A stretch of 64,000 bases of DNA from an uncultured Alphaproteobacteria bacterium (GTDB lineage: Bacteria; Pseudomonadota; Alphaproteobacteria; Rhizobiales; Xanthobacteraceae). Shown piece after piece: positions 20,039 through 29,863 of this stretch (position 1 is its first letter; each line of letters begins with the position of its first letter). Location: positions 4,973-68,972 of the forward strand of contig CAWFEO010000003.1 of the NCBI GenBank assembly GCA_963814885.1, written 5' to 3'. Below the pieces are notes generated by a model. It saw nothing but the letters and a program-made list of their open reading frames with translations. It did no database searches and was not told where the DNA came from. Made by a program: the position numbers and the translations under genes.

Positions 20039-21187
20039 ATGACTGAAACAGCCGAAGCGATCAAGATTCACCGCGGCCTCAGGGGTGTCTATTTCGATCG
20101 TTCGCCCTGCACTTTCATCGACGGCAAGGCCGGCGAACTACGCTACCGTGGTTATTCGATCCACGATCTCGCCGAAAATTCGACCTTCGAGGAGACCGCC
20201 TGGCTTCTGCTTTACGGCGATCTGCCGACCGCGCAGGAACTGGCCGGCTTCGACGCACAGCTCAAGTCGGCGCGCAAGCTGCCAGCGCCGGTGCTGGATA
20301 TCGTGCGTTCGATCAAGGACGCGCATCCGATGGACGTGCTGCGCACGGCGGTCTCCGCGCTCGCGGCTTTCGATCCGGAAACAGCCGACAATTCCCGCGA
20401 TGCCACCCTGCGCAAGGCCGTGCGGCTGACCTCGCAAGTGCCGGTGATCGTCGCCGCGCATTCGCGCATCCGTGCCGGGCAAGACCCGGTGCCGGCCGAC
20501 GAAACGCTCACCCACGCGGAAAACCTGCTGTGGATGCTGCGCGGCGAAAAACCGTCCCGCGACGCATCGCAACTGATCGACCGCGACTTGATCCTGCACG
20601 CCGAGCACGGCTCGAATGCCTCGTCCTTCGCGGCGCGGGTGGTAATCGGCACCGAGGCCAATCTTCATGCCGCCATCACGGCGGCAATTGCCGCGCTGTC
20701 GGGGCCGGCGCACGGCGGCGCCGCCGAGGACGTCATGAAGATGGCGGAAGAGATCGGCGATCCGGCGCGCGCGGCAGACTACGTCAAGGACATGCGCAAG
20801 TCGGGCGCGGCCGTCACCGGCTTCGGCCACCGCGTCTACCGCGCCGAAGATCCGCGCGCGCGCCATATGCGCGCCGGCGTCGAGCGGCTGTCGAAGGAAA
20901 TGGGCCAGCCGAAGTGGTTCGAAATCCTGCAGGCAGTGGTTAAGGCGATGGCGCCCTATGCCCGCCACGGCGTCAACGTCAACGTCGATTTCTATTCCGG
21001 CGTCGTCTACCACCTGCTGGGCGTCAAGCGCGACCTGTTCGTGCCGATCTTCGCCATCGGCCGGGTGCCGGGATGGGTGGTGCAGGTGCTCGAACAACTC
21101 GACAACAACATCCTGATCCGCCCGCTCACCCTCTACAACGGGCCGGAGGCGCGGGCTTACCGGCCGATCACCGAGCGCGGTCGCTGA
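20039..21187 (+). CDS. Citrate synthase / 2-methylcitrate synthase family (short type)
   Basis: [35 protein letters not shown]. Confidence 0.92.
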   Translation: MTETAEAIKIHRGLRGVYFDRSPCTFIDGKAGELRYRGYSIHDLAENSTFEETAWLLLYGDLPTAQELAGFDAQLKSARKLPAPVLDIVRSIKDAHPMDVLRTAVSALAAFDPETADNSRDATLRKAVRLTSQVPVIVAAHSRIRAGQDPVPADETLTHAENLLWMLRGEKPSRDASQLIDRDLILHAEHGSNASSFAARVVIGTEANLHAAITAAIAALSGPAHGGAAEDVMKMAEEIGDPARAADYVKDMRKSGAAVTGFGHRVYRAEDPRARHMRAGVERLSKEMGQPKWFEILQAVVKAMAPYARHGVNVNVDFYSGVVYHLLGVKRDLFVPIFAIGRVPGWVVQVLEQLDNNILIRPLTLYNGPEARAYRPITERGR

Positions 21188-21275
21188 GCGAGTCAAAATC
21201 TCATCAGGTGAGAGCGCCAGTCGCATTGCGCCATTGCGGGCGCAATGCACTTTGGCTTATTCTATAAGAAAGATG

Positions 21276-21292
21276 GTCTCACTAGATGAGAC
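21276..21292. promoter_or_regulatory. Candidate operator GTCTCA-N5-TGAGAC upstream of the TTT-sau operon
   Basis: Perfect 6-5-6 inverted repeat in an AT-rich patch about 175 bp upstream of tctA; the link to the IclR regulator is inference. Confidence 0.45.
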
Positions 21293-21420
21293 TTTGGCGA
21301 CCGGCGACAAGCCGGCGCTGCAACGGGAGGACCACATGCAGTGCGCGCGCGGCCACGCTCTGCCGGCCGTTATTGCCTCACGCAAGCGCTGGACATGGTT
21401 GAACGCCCTCCTCGCGGGTG

Positions 21421-21438
21421 CACACGCGCGCGCGTGTG
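21421..21438. repeat. 18-bp perfect palindrome of alternating purine/pyrimidine (CACACGCGCGCGCGTGTG)
   Basis: Seen directly, about 30 bp upstream of the tctA TTG. Confidence 0.7.
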
Positions 21439-21466
21439 AACGCGCGCACTAGCAGGGAGAGCACGC

Positions 21467-22990
21467 TTGGACTTTATTCGATACCTGCCGGAGATTTTCG
21501 AGCCTTGGAACCTTGTGGTGCTGGCGCTGGGGACGGCCGGCGGGCTGATCCTGGGGGCGGCGCCGGGCTTGAGCCCGACCATGGCGGTGGCGCTGCTGAT
21601 CCCGTTCACCTTCCACATGGACTCGACGACCAGCCTGATCCTGCTCGGCGCCGTCTATACCGGCACGGTGGCGGGCGGCGCGGTCAGCGCGATCCTGATC
21701 AATATACCGGGGGCGCCGGCCAACATCGCCACGGTACTGGACGGCCACCCGATGGCGCGGCAGGGACGCGCCACCGAGGCGTTGCACTACGCCTTCATCT
21801 CTTCGGTGATCGGCGGCGTGCTCGGTGTCTTGGTGCTGATCTTCTTCACGCCGATTCTCGCCGAATTCGCGCTCAAGTTCGGGCCATCGGAACTGTTCTG
21901 GACGGCGGTGCTGGGCGTCACCGTGATCGGTTCGCTCGGCTCCGGGTCGATGCTGAAAGGCCTGTTCGCCGGCGTGTTCGGGCTGTGGCTGTCGACTATC
22001 GGCTACGATCCGGTCAACGGCGTCGAGCGGTTCGTCTTCACCGAACATCTGCAAGGCGGGATCAACATCATCGCCGCGCTGATCGGACTGTTCGCGCTCC
22101 CGCAGGTGTTCGGCATGTTCGAGGGCGCGACAGGCATGCAGCACGGCACCATTTTCGAGATGGAAAACCGCAGCGTGTTCGAGTCGCTGCGCACCAACCT
22201 GCGGCGGATCAAAACGCTCGTCATCGGCAGTGTCGTTGGGATTTTCGTCGGGCTGATCCCTGGCGCCGGCGCCCAGATCGCCGGTCTGGTCGCCTACGAC
22301 CAGAGCCGGAAGTTCAGCTCGCACCGGGACAATTTCGGCAAAGGCGAGCCGGACGGCGTGATCGCCTCGGAGTCGGCAAACAATGCGGTGGTGGGGCCGT
22401 CGCTGGTGCCGCTGCTGACGCTCAGCATTCCGGGCAGCCCGACCGCCGCCGTGCTGCTGGGCGGCCTGCTCATCCACGGCCTGTTTCCGGGGCCGAACCT
22501 TTTCACCGTCCACGCCAAGGTCACCTGGACCTTCATCGACTCGCTGCTGCTGGGGCAGATCTTGATGGGCGTCTTTGGCCTGACCCTGAGCCGCCTGAGC
22601 AGCTGGGTGATGCAGGTTCCCAGCAATTACATGGCGGCGGCTGTCGTCGTGCTGGCGGTGTTCGGGACTTACAGCATCGAGAACAGTTTTTCCGACGTGC
22701 TGGTGATGATGACGCTGGGCACCGGCATGTATTTCGCCACCAAGGTCGGCTTCAGCCCGGCCCCGGTCGTGCTCGGCATCATCCTGGGTCCGATCGCGGA
22801 GACCAATTTCCTGCAAGGGCAGTTGATCGCCAACACCCAGGACGGCCTGTTGCCCTATTTCTGCACCGGCGCGATCAATCTCTTCTTGATCGGCCTGTGC
22901 GTGATGTCGATCGGCTACAGCGCCTATGCCGAGCTGCGGGCGAGAAAGCAGCGCAAGATGCAGGAGGTCGAGTCATGGCAGCGCGCTTGA
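21467..22990 (+). CDS. tctA: Tripartite tricarboxylate transporter large subunit
   Basis: GAAPGLSPTMAVALLIP, NIPGAPANIATVLDGHPMARQG, ESANNA, LSIPGSPTAAVLLG; TTG start. Confidence 0.93.
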   Translation: MDFIRYLPEIFEPWNLVVLALGTAGGLILGAAPGLSPTMAVALLIPFTFHMDSTTSLILLGAVYTGTVAGGAVSAILINIPGAPANIATVLDGHPMARQGRATEALHYAFISSVIGGVLGVLVLIFFTPILAEFALKFGPSELFWTAVLGVTVIGSLGSGSMLKGLFAGVFGLWLSTIGYDPVNGVERFVFTEHLQGGINIIAALIGLFALPQVFGMFEGATGMQHGTIFEMENRSVFESLRTNLRRIKTLVIGSVVGIFVGLIPGAGAQIAGLVAYDQSRKFSSHRDNFGKGEPDGVIASESANNAVVGPSLVPLLTLSIPGSPTAAVLLGGLLIHGLFPGPNLFTVHAKVTWTFIDSLLLGQILMGVFGLTLSRLSSWVMQVPSNYMAAAVVVLAVFGTYSIENSFSDVLVMMTLGTGMYFATKVGFSPAPVVLGIILGPIAETNFLQGQLIANTQDGLLPYFCTGAINLFLIGLCVMSIGYSAYAELRARKQRKMQEVESWQRA

Positions 22991-23415
22991 CCGCAATCGC
23001 CTGCATTCTGTTCGGCGGGTTTCTGTACTGGACCGCGTATGGCAGCGACACGCCGCGGGCCTATTTCTTTCCGCAGATGCTGGCCGTGGCGATGGTCGTG
23101 ATGGGCGCGGCGATGCTCGTCATGGATTTGCGCAGTCGCGGCGTACGGCAAGCGGCCGAGCCACCAACCCAGTGGTACAAGATTTGGCCGGGCATGATCG
23201 TGCTTGTGGTCTTCATGGCGATCGCGGAGTGGGTCGGCTTCTACGTGAGCTCCTGGCTCGCCTTCACGTCGATCGGGGTTCTGTACGCGCCGACCGGCGA
23301 CCGCCTGGCAACGGCCAAGCGCTGCGTACCGATCGCTATTGTTTTTCTAACCGTGCTCTACCTCGTCTTCTGGACGCTGCTTCGCGTTCAGTTGCCGCAT
23401 GGTTTCGCATTCTGA
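22975..23415 (+). CDS. tctB: Tripartite tricarboxylate transporter small subunit
   Basis: 146 aa, 4-5 TM, YFFPQ and C-terminal LRVQLPHG; occupies the 3' part of ORF-track 21418..23415. Confidence 0.85.
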   Translation: MAARLTAIACILFGGFLYWTAYGSDTPRAYFFPQMLAVAMVVMGAAMLVMDLRSRGVRQAAEPPTQWYKIWPGMIVLVVFMAIAEWVGFYVSSWLAFTSIGVLYAPTGDRLATAKRCVPIAIVFLTVLYLVFWTLLRVQLPHGFAF

Positions 23416-23432
23416 CCGAAGGGAGGACGACA

Positions 23433-24413
23433 ATGACAATCGCTTCAAGACTAATATGCAGACTGGGAATGGCGCTCGTTGCCGGCATGGCATTCACCGC
23501 CCCGGGCGCGCTCGCCGCCGACTATCCGGACAAGCCGCTGCAGCTGATGGTGTCCTATCCGCCGGGCGGGGCGACCGACTTCCAGGCGCGCATCGTGACG
23601 ATGATGGCCGGCAATTACCTCAAGGAGCCCATCGTCATCATCAACAAGGCCGGGGCCGGCGGACAGGTCGGCTGGAACTGGTTCGCATCGAGCGCGAGCA
23701 AGGACGGCTACGATCTCGGCGCCTATAACCTGCCGCACTTCATCGCCCAGTCGATCGTATTCAAGACCAAGTACAACGTCGGCAATGTCGAGCCGATCGC
23801 CAACTGGGGCGCCGACCCGGCGGTGCTGATCGTGCCCAAGAGCAGCCCGTTCAACTCGGTGAAGGACCTCGTCGACTACGCCAAGAAGAACCCGGGCAAG
23901 ATCACGGTGTCCGGCGGCGGCCTCTACATCGGCCACCACATCGCCATGCTGCAGCTGGCGAAGGCCGCTGGGATCAAGCTCACTTACGTGCCGGCCAAGG
24001 GCGGCGTGCCGGCCATGCAGATGGTGCTGGGCAGCAAGGTGATGGCGGGCTTCAACAACCTGTCCGACGCCTACCGCAGCCAGGACCGTCTCAAGATCCT
24101 GGCGATCGCCGACAACGAGCGTAACAAGGAGTTTCTGCCGAAGGTGCCGACGTTCAAGGAGAGCGGCATCGACGTCGACAACTCCAGCGTCAACTTCCGC
24201 GGCATCATGGTGCCGAAGGGAACCCCGCCAGCGGTCATCGCCATGCTGTCCACGAACGTGCCGAAGATGTTCGACGACAAGAAGGTGATGTCGAAGATGA
24301 AGGCGGGCGGTTCGCCGCTGCGCGTCATGAGCCGCGAGCAGGTCCAGAAGATGTTCCAGGATCGCACGAAATACCTGGAGGCGCTGCTCAAGGAGCTGCG
24401 TACGAAGAAGTAA
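23433..24413 (+). CDS. tctC: TTT substrate-binding protein (TctC/Bug)
   Basis: Signal peptide; YPDKPLQLMVSYPPGGATD, NKAGAGG, DGYDL, PKVPTFKESG, PKGTP; RBS GGGAGGA. Confidence 0.93.
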   Translation: MTIASRLICRLGMALVAGMAFTAPGALAADYPDKPLQLMVSYPPGGATDFQARIVTMMAGNYLKEPIVIINKAGAGGQVGWNWFASSASKDGYDLGAYNLPHFIAQSIVFKTKYNVGNVEPIANWGADPAVLIVPKSSPFNSVKDLVDYAKKNPGKITVSGGGLYIGHHIAMLQLAKAAGIKLTYVPAKGGVPAMQMVLGSKVMAGFNNLSDAYRSQDRLKILAIADNERNKEFLPKVPTFKESGIDVDNSSVNFRGIMVPKGTPPAVIAMLSTNVPKMFDDKKVMSKMKAGGSPLRVMSREQVQKMFQDRTKYLEALLKELRTKK

Positions 24414-24430
24414 CGCGGCTGGAAACCGGC

Positions 24431-24466
24431 GGCCCCGCATGGCACAAGACGCCGCCATGCGGGGCC
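24431..24466 (+). terminator. Hairpin after tctC
   Basis: GGCCCCGCATGGC-N10-GCCATGCGGGGCC, 13-bp stem directly after the stop codon. Confidence 0.6.
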
Positions 24467-24529
24467 GGCCAAACACTGTTGGCCGGCGCGCCACGCGCCG
24501 ATTGTCGTAATGCGTTGTGAGGTAGAAAA

Positions 24530-25417
24530 ATGGGCATGAATCCTGGCATCGGCGTGAGGCGCCCCACCGTGCGGCCGGCAAGGGAGGGCCCGGGGAATGT
24601 CGCGACCTTAACGCCGCGCCGTTCCGTCGCCGGCAGCGCCACGATCAAGAGCCGCGCGCAGAAGCTCGGCGCCACCGCGCGTTCCTTCGCGATCCTCGAT
24701 CACGTCGCCGCCTCGCCCGGGCCGGTGGACGTGCTCGATATCATTGCCTCGCTCAAACTGCCGAAAGCGACGGCCTACCGCCTGGTCGATTGGTTCGTCA
24801 CCCATGGCTATCTTGCGCGCGAGCCGGGCCGCAAGCGCCTGATTGTCGGTCCCAGGCTGACCAATCTGGCGTTCGGCGTTCTGTCGGCCTCGATGCGCAA
24901 CGACGCGCCCCATGTCGTGCTTCAGCGCCTCGTGCGCACGCTCAACGAAACCTGCAATATCGGCACGCTGCTCAACGGCGAAGTGGTCTATCTGGACCGC
25001 GTTGAAGCCGAGCATTGGCCGCTGCGGCTGCACTATACCAGCGGTTCGCGCGTGCCCCTGCATTGCAGCGCGATCGGCAAGCTGTTCCTGGCGCTGGCGC
25101 CGGCGCCGCGCCGGCAACGCTTGCTGCAAAGCCTGGAGCTGCGCCGCTTCACCGACAACACCATCACCGAACGGACGCAACTCGAGGCCGAACTGCGGCA
25201 AATCCGCAAGGACCAGGTTTCATTCGACCGCGAGGAATATCTCGTCGGCGTGGTCTGCATGGCGGTGCCGGTTCTGGGCAAAAACGGCGAGACGCTCGCC
25301 GCGCTCGCGATGCAGGCGCCGGAAGCACGCATGAACGTGCAAACCGCGCAGGGCCACCTCCCCGCGCTGCGCCGCGCGGCAAGCGAAATCGCCGAAATCT
25401 TTCAGGACAAGTCCTGA
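24530..25417 (+). CDS. IclR-family regulator (SauR-like by context)
   Basis: HTH LKLPKATAYRLV; C-terminal PLHCSAIGK, DREEYLVGVVCMAVP; directly upstream of xsc. Confidence 0.9.
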   Translation: MGMNPGIGVRRPTVRPAREGPGNVATLTPRRSVAGSATIKSRAQKLGATARSFAILDHVAASPGPVDVLDIIASLKLPKATAYRLVDWFVTHGYLAREPGRKRLIVGPRLTNLAFGVLSASMRNDAPHVVLQRLVRTLNETCNIGTLLNGEVVYLDRVEAEHWPLRLHYTSGSRVPLHCSAIGKLFLALAPAPRRQRLLQSLELRRFTDNTITERTQLEAELRQIRKDQVSFDREEYLVGVVCMAVPVLGKNGETLAALAMQAPEARMNVQTAQGHLPALRRAASEIAEIFQDKS

Positions 25418-25430
25418 AAATCACCTTCAA

Positions 25431-25450
25431 TCCGCTCCCCTCGGAGCGGA
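25431..25450 (+). other. Stem-loop in the xsc leader
   Basis: TCCGCTCC-CCTC-GGAGCGGA, 8-bp stem between the IclR stop and xsc start; function unknown. Confidence 0.5.
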
Positions 25451-25503
25451 CCATTACCGTAATGACAGCCGAAGAAGGCCGAGATCGAAAAAAGGGTGCA
25501 GCT

Positions 25504-27279
25504 ATGAAGATGACGACGGAAGAAGCTTTTGTGAAAGTCTTGCAGATGCACGGCATCGAGCATGCTTTCGGCATCATTGGCTCGGCATTTATGCCGATCT
25601 CGGATCTTTTCCCGAAGGCCGGCATCACCTTCTGGGACGTGGCGCACGAATGCAACGGCGGCTACATGTGTGACGGCTATACGCGCGCGACCGGCAAGGT
25701 CGCGATGTGCATCGCGCAGAACGGCCCGGGCATCACCAATTTCGTCACCGCCATCAAGACCGCCTACTGGAATCATACGCCGATGCTGCTGATCACCCCG
25801 CAGGCGGCCAACAAGACCATCGGCCAGGGCGGCTTCCAGGAAGTCGAGCAGATGGCGCTGTTCCGCGACATGGTCTGTTACCAGGAAGAGGTGCGCGATC
25901 CGTCGCGCGTTGCGGAAGTCTTGAATCGCGTCATCTCGAAAGCGAAGCTGCTGTCGGCGCCGGCGCAGATCAACATCCCGCGCGACTTCTGGACGCAGGT
26001 CATCGACATCAGCCTGCCGGCCATCATCGAGTTCGAGCGCCCGGCCGGCGGCGCCCATGCCATAGCCGATGCGGCCAAGCTGCTGTCGGAAGCGAAGTTC
26101 CCGGTGATTCTGTCGGGCGCGGGAGTTGTGCTCGGCAACGCCATCCCGGAATGCGTCGCGCTGGCCGAGCAGCTCGACGCGCCGGTCTGCAACAACTATC
26201 AGCACAACGACAGCTTTCCCGGCAGTCACCGCCTTGCCGCCGGCCCGCTCGGCTACAACGGCTCGAAGGCCGGGATGGAGCTGGTCGCCAAGGCCGACGT
26301 GGTCTTGGCGCTGGGGACCCGGCTCAACCCGTTTTCGACCCTTCCCGGCTACGGCATCGACTACTGGCCGAAGAACGCGAAGATCATCCAGGTCGACATC
26401 AACGCCGACCGCATCGGCCTGACCAAGCCGGTCGCCGTCGGCATCTGCGGAGACGCCAAACTGGTCGCCCAGAGCATATTGGAGCAGCTTTCGCCCACAG
26501 CCGGAGACGCCGGCCGCGAGGAGCGCAAAGCCCTGATCCACACGACCAAGTCCAAGTGGCTGCAGACGCTCTCCAGCATGGATCACGAAGACGACGATGA
26601 CGGCACCACCTGGAACGCGGACGCCCGCAAGCGTCAGCCCGACCGCATGTCGGCGCGGCAGGCTTGGCGCGCGATCCAGGCCGGACTTCCGAAGGACGCC
26701 ATCATATCGAGCGACATCGGCAACAATTGCGCCATCGGCAACGCCTATCCGGCATTTGAGGAAGGGCGGAAGTATCTCGCGCCCGGTCTGTTCGGGCCTT
26801 GCGGCTACGGCTTCCCCGCGATCATCGGCGCCAAGATCGGCAATCCCGATATCCCTTGCGTCGGCTTCGCCGGCGACGGCGCATTCGGAATTTCAATGAA
26901 CGAGATGACCTCGGTCGGGCGCGAACAGTGGCCGGGCATCACCATGGTCATCTTCCACAACTTCCAGTGGGGTGCCGAAAAACGCAACTCAATCCTTTGG
27001 TACGCCAACAATTTCGTCGGCACCGAACTCGACCCGAATCTCAGCTATGCCAAGGTGGCCGAAGGTTGCGGTCTCGAGGGCGTAACGGTAAAGACGCAGA
27101 CCGAGCTGACGGAAGCGCTTCAAAAGTCCTGCGAAGCGCAGAAAAAAGGCGTAACGACTTTCATCGAGGTTATCCTCAATCAGGAGCTCGGCGAACCGTT
27201 CCGCCGCGACGCCATGAAGGCACCCGTGGTGGTGGCGGGCATCAAGCGCGAAGACATGCGCCCACAGCAAAGCGCATAA
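25504..27279 (+). CDS. xsc: Sulfoacetaldehyde acetyltransferase (ThDP-dependent)
   Basis: Diagnostic N-terminus MKMTTEEAFVKVLQMHGIEHAFGIIGSAFM, SSDIGNNCAIGNAYP, GDGAFG...NFQWGAEKRN, ELGEPFRRDAMK; 591 aa from ATG 25504. Confidence 0.96.
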   Translation: MKMTTEEAFVKVLQMHGIEHAFGIIGSAFMPISDLFPKAGITFWDVAHECNGGYMCDGYTRATGKVAMCIAQNGPGITNFVTAIKTAYWNHTPMLLITPQAANKTIGQGGFQEVEQMALFRDMVCYQEEVRDPSRVAEVLNRVISKAKLLSAPAQINIPRDFWTQVIDISLPAIIEFERPAGGAHAIADAAKLLSEAKFPVILSGAGVVLGNAIPECVALAEQLDAPVCNNYQHNDSFPGSHRLAAGPLGYNGSKAGMELVAKADVVLALGTRLNPFSTLPGYGIDYWPKNAKIIQVDINADRIGLTKPVAVGICGDAKLVAQSILEQLSPTAGDAGREERKALIHTTKSKWLQTLSSMDHEDDDDGTTWNADARKRQPDRMSARQAWRAIQAGLPKDAIISSDIGNNCAIGNAYPAFEEGRKYLAPGLFGPCGYGFPAIIGAKIGNPDIPCVGFAGDGAFGISMNEMTSVGREQWPGITMVIFHNFQWGAEKRNSILWYANNFVGTELDPNLSYAKVAEGCGLEGVTVKTQTELTEALQKSCEAQKKGVTTFIEVILNQELGEPFRRDAMKAPVVVAGIKREDMRPQQSA

Positions 27280-27300
27280 GGAAAGCTCGGGAGTTTGACG

Positions 27301-28725
27301 ATGACTGTGGCTGTAAAATCACCGTTCGATGCAAACACCACCGCGGTCGTTGACGAGCTGGTACGGCGCGCGCGTGCGGCGATGGCGGTCTTCGCCAATG
27401 CCGACCAGGCGCGCACCGACGAGGCGGTGACCGCGCTCGCCTGGGCGCTCTATAACCCGCCGCACGCCAAGGAGCTGGCCGCCCTGGCGGTCAACGACAC
27501 CAAGCTCGGCAATGTCCCCGACAAAATCATCAAGAAGCAGCGCAAGACCTTTGGGACTTTGCGCGACCTTCTGCGGGTCAAATCGGTCGGCATCATCGAG
27601 GAAGACCCGGCCCGCGGCATCGTCAAATATGCCAAGCCGGTGGGCGTGGTCTGCGCCATCACGCCATCGACAAATCCGGGGGCGACGCCGGTAAACAAGG
27701 CGATGTTCGCCATCAAGGGCCGTAACGCCGTCATCATCGCCGCCTCGCCCGCGGGCCTGAAGACTACGACGCTTACGGTCGACTACATGCGCGCCGAGCT
27801 GAAGAAGATCGGCCTGCCCGAGGACCTCGTGCAAATTCTTCCGCCACCGGCGTCGAAGGACATGACGCGGGCGCTGATGCAGGCCGCCGACCTGGTGGTG
27901 GCCACCGGCTCGCAGGACAATGTACGCCGCGCCTATTCCAGCGGCACGCCGGCGATCGGCGTCGGTCTCGGCAATGTGCCGGTGATCGTGGACGAAACCG
28001 CCGATCTCGACGATGCCGCGCGCAAGATCTGTGCCTCGAAGATTTTCGACAACGCCACCTCCTGCTCCTCGGAAAACTCGGTCATCATCGTCGACGCGGT
28101 TTACGATCAGACCATGGCCGCGCTCGAGCGCGCCGGTGGTTACCGCACCACGCAAGACGAGAAGGAGCGCATCCAGCAGGCGCTGTGGCCGGACGGAAAA
28201 TTGAGCCGCACGCTGATCGCGCGCGATGCCGACGTGTTCGCGCGCGGCTGCGGACTGCCGACGGCGGCGGAGAAGGCCAAGTTCTTCATGGTGGAGGAGA
28301 CCGGGGTCGGCCGCGACTTTCCGTTCTCAGGCGAAAAGCTGTCGCTGGCCCTGGCCATCTATCGCGTCAAGGATTTCGACGCGGCAATCGAGCGCGCCAA
28401 TGCCATCCTCGCCTATCAGGGCCGCGGGCATTCGGTCGGCCTGCACACCAAGGACCTGAAGCGCGGCCGCACGCTGGCGGAACGCTCGGACGTCGTTCGC
28501 GTGCTGGTCAACCAGGCGCACACCTTCGGCAACGGCGGCGGCTTCGACAACGGGCTGAACTTCACGCTCAGCATGGGCTGCGGCACCTGGGGCGGCAATT
28601 CCATCACCGACAACCTGAACTACAAAAACTTCCTCAACATCACCCACCTCGTAAACACCATTCCCGAGGACAAGCCGAGCGAAGAGCAACTGTTCGGCGC
28701 CTATTGGGAAAAATACGGCCGCTGA
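27301..28725 (+). CDS. sauS: CoA-acylating aldehyde dehydrogenase, sulfoacetaldehyde dehydrogenase (SauS)-like
   Basis: PSTNPGATP, ATGSQDNVR, FDNATSCSSENS, FSGEKLS, SMGCGTWGGNS, closely resembling Cupriavidus SauS as recalled; adjacent to xsc. Confidence 0.8.
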   Translation: MTVAVKSPFDANTTAVVDELVRRARAAMAVFANADQARTDEAVTALAWALYNPPHAKELAALAVNDTKLGNVPDKIIKKQRKTFGTLRDLLRVKSVGIIEEDPARGIVKYAKPVGVVCAITPSTNPGATPVNKAMFAIKGRNAVIIAASPAGLKTTTLTVDYMRAELKKIGLPEDLVQILPPPASKDMTRALMQAADLVVATGSQDNVRRAYSSGTPAIGVGLGNVPVIVDETADLDDAARKICASKIFDNATSCSSENSVIIVDAVYDQTMAALERAGGYRTTQDEKERIQQALWPDGKLSRTLIARDADVFARGCGLPTAAEKAKFFMVEETGVGRDFPFSGEKLSLALAIYRVKDFDAAIERANAILAYQGRGHSVGLHTKDLKRGRTLAERSDVVRVLVNQAHTFGNGGGFDNGLNFTLSMGCGTWGGNSITDNLNYKNFLNITHLVNTIPEDKPSEEQLFGAYWEKYGR

Positions 28726-28735
28726 GATCCAAGCT

Positions 28736-29863
28736 ATGAACTTCGAAGAATACGCGGCGAAAGCGCTGATCCTGGCGCCGGCCGGGATTGCAGTGCCGCG
28801 CGGTGTGCTGTGCGCGAGCGCGGCGGAAGCGGCCAAGGCGGCGGGCGAAATCGGCCCCTGCGTGGTCAAGGCGCAGGTGCCGACGGGAAAGCGTGGTAAG
28901 GCCGGCGGCATCAAACTCGCCAATACGCCCAAGGAAGCCGAGCAGGTGGCAAGGCAAATCCTCGGCATGCGCATCGGCGACTACACGGTCGAGCGCCTGC
29001 TGATCGAAGAGCAGGCGAAAATCGCGCGCGAGTTCTATGCCGCGGTGCTGCACGACACCGCCGCGCGCAAGCCGCTGATCCTGTTCTCGACCGAAGGCGG
29101 CATGGATATCGAGGAGATTGCGGCCGAGAAGCCGGCGGCAATCCGCCGGCTGCTGGTCGATATCGATGCCACACCTTCCGCCGCCGACATCGCCGGTATG
29201 TTGAAAGGCCTCGATCTGGGCGCGGCGCAATCGCAGATCGCCGATATCCTTGCGCGCCTGCACGCCGCCTACCGCGCGCGTGACGCCGAACTGCTGGAGA
29301 TCAACCCGCTGGCGCTGCTCGCCGACGGCCGCGTGGTGGCGCTCGACTGCAAATTCGTGCTCGACGATGCAGCAACCTACCGCCAGCCGGAGATTGCGGG
29401 CCACGGCTCGCCCGGCGCCATGACCGATCTGGAACAACGCGCCGCCGCGGCCAACCTCAAGCTCATCCAGCTCGACGGCAATGTCGGCGTGCTCGCCAAC
29501 GGCGCCGGCCTCACCATGACGACGATGGATGTGATCCGCCATTACGGCGGCAAGCCGGCGAATTTCCTCGAGATCGGCGGCGAAGCCTATACCAAGTCGG
29601 AAATCGCGCTCGATCTGGTGCTGTCCAATCCCGGCGTGAAAAGTCTGGTGATCAATTTCTGCGGTGCTTTCGCGCGCACCGACGTGATGGCCGACGGCGT
29701 AGTGAAGGCCTGGGCCAAGCTGAAGCCGAAAGTGCCGGTGTTCTTCTCCATCCACGGCACCGGCGAGGATGAGGCGGTGGCGCTGGTGCGCAAGGAACTC
29801 GCCATCGAGCCGTATGACGTCATGGAAGACGCCATCCAGGCCGCAGTAAAGGCCGCACAATGA
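28736..29863 (+). CDS. ADP-forming acyl-CoA ligase beta subunit (SucC-like; putative sulfoacetate-CoA ligase)
   Basis: VKAQV..GKRGKAGG, EINPL, LDGNVGVLANGAGLTMTTMD, PANFLEIGG; divergent from housekeeping SucC; substrate inferred from context. Confidence 0.85.
   Translation: MNFEEYAAKALILAPAGIAVPRGVLCASAAEAAKAAGEIGPCVVKAQVPTGKRGKAGGIKLANTPKEAEQVARQILGMRIGDYTVERLLIEEQAKIAREFYAAVLHDTAARKPLILFSTEGGMDIEEIAAEKPAAIRRLLVDIDATPSAADIAGMLKGLDLGAAQSQIADILARLHAAYRARDAELLEINPLALLADGRVVALDCKFVLDDAATYRQPEIAGHGSPGAMTDLEQRAAAANLKLIQLDGNVGVLANGAGLTMTTMDVIRHYGGKPANFLEIGGEAYTKSEIALDLVLSNPGVKSLVINFCGAFARTDVMADGVVKAWAKLKPKVPVFFSIHGTGEDEAVALVRKELAIEPYDVMEDAIQAAVKAAQ

Noticed and set aside
21418-23415. 665-aa ORF in the track
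   Set aside because: The 5' about 519 codons are an off-frame shadow of tctA; only the last 146 aa (tctB) are credible
22926-25503. Long N-terminal extensions of the tctC ORF (22926) and xsc ORF (25015), and similar extensions on pta, Gfo, TauD, tctA and the cNMP gene
   Set aside because: They overlap neighbouring genes, have low-complexity Arg/Ala/Pro composition, and better starts with RBS and family-typical N-termini lie downstream
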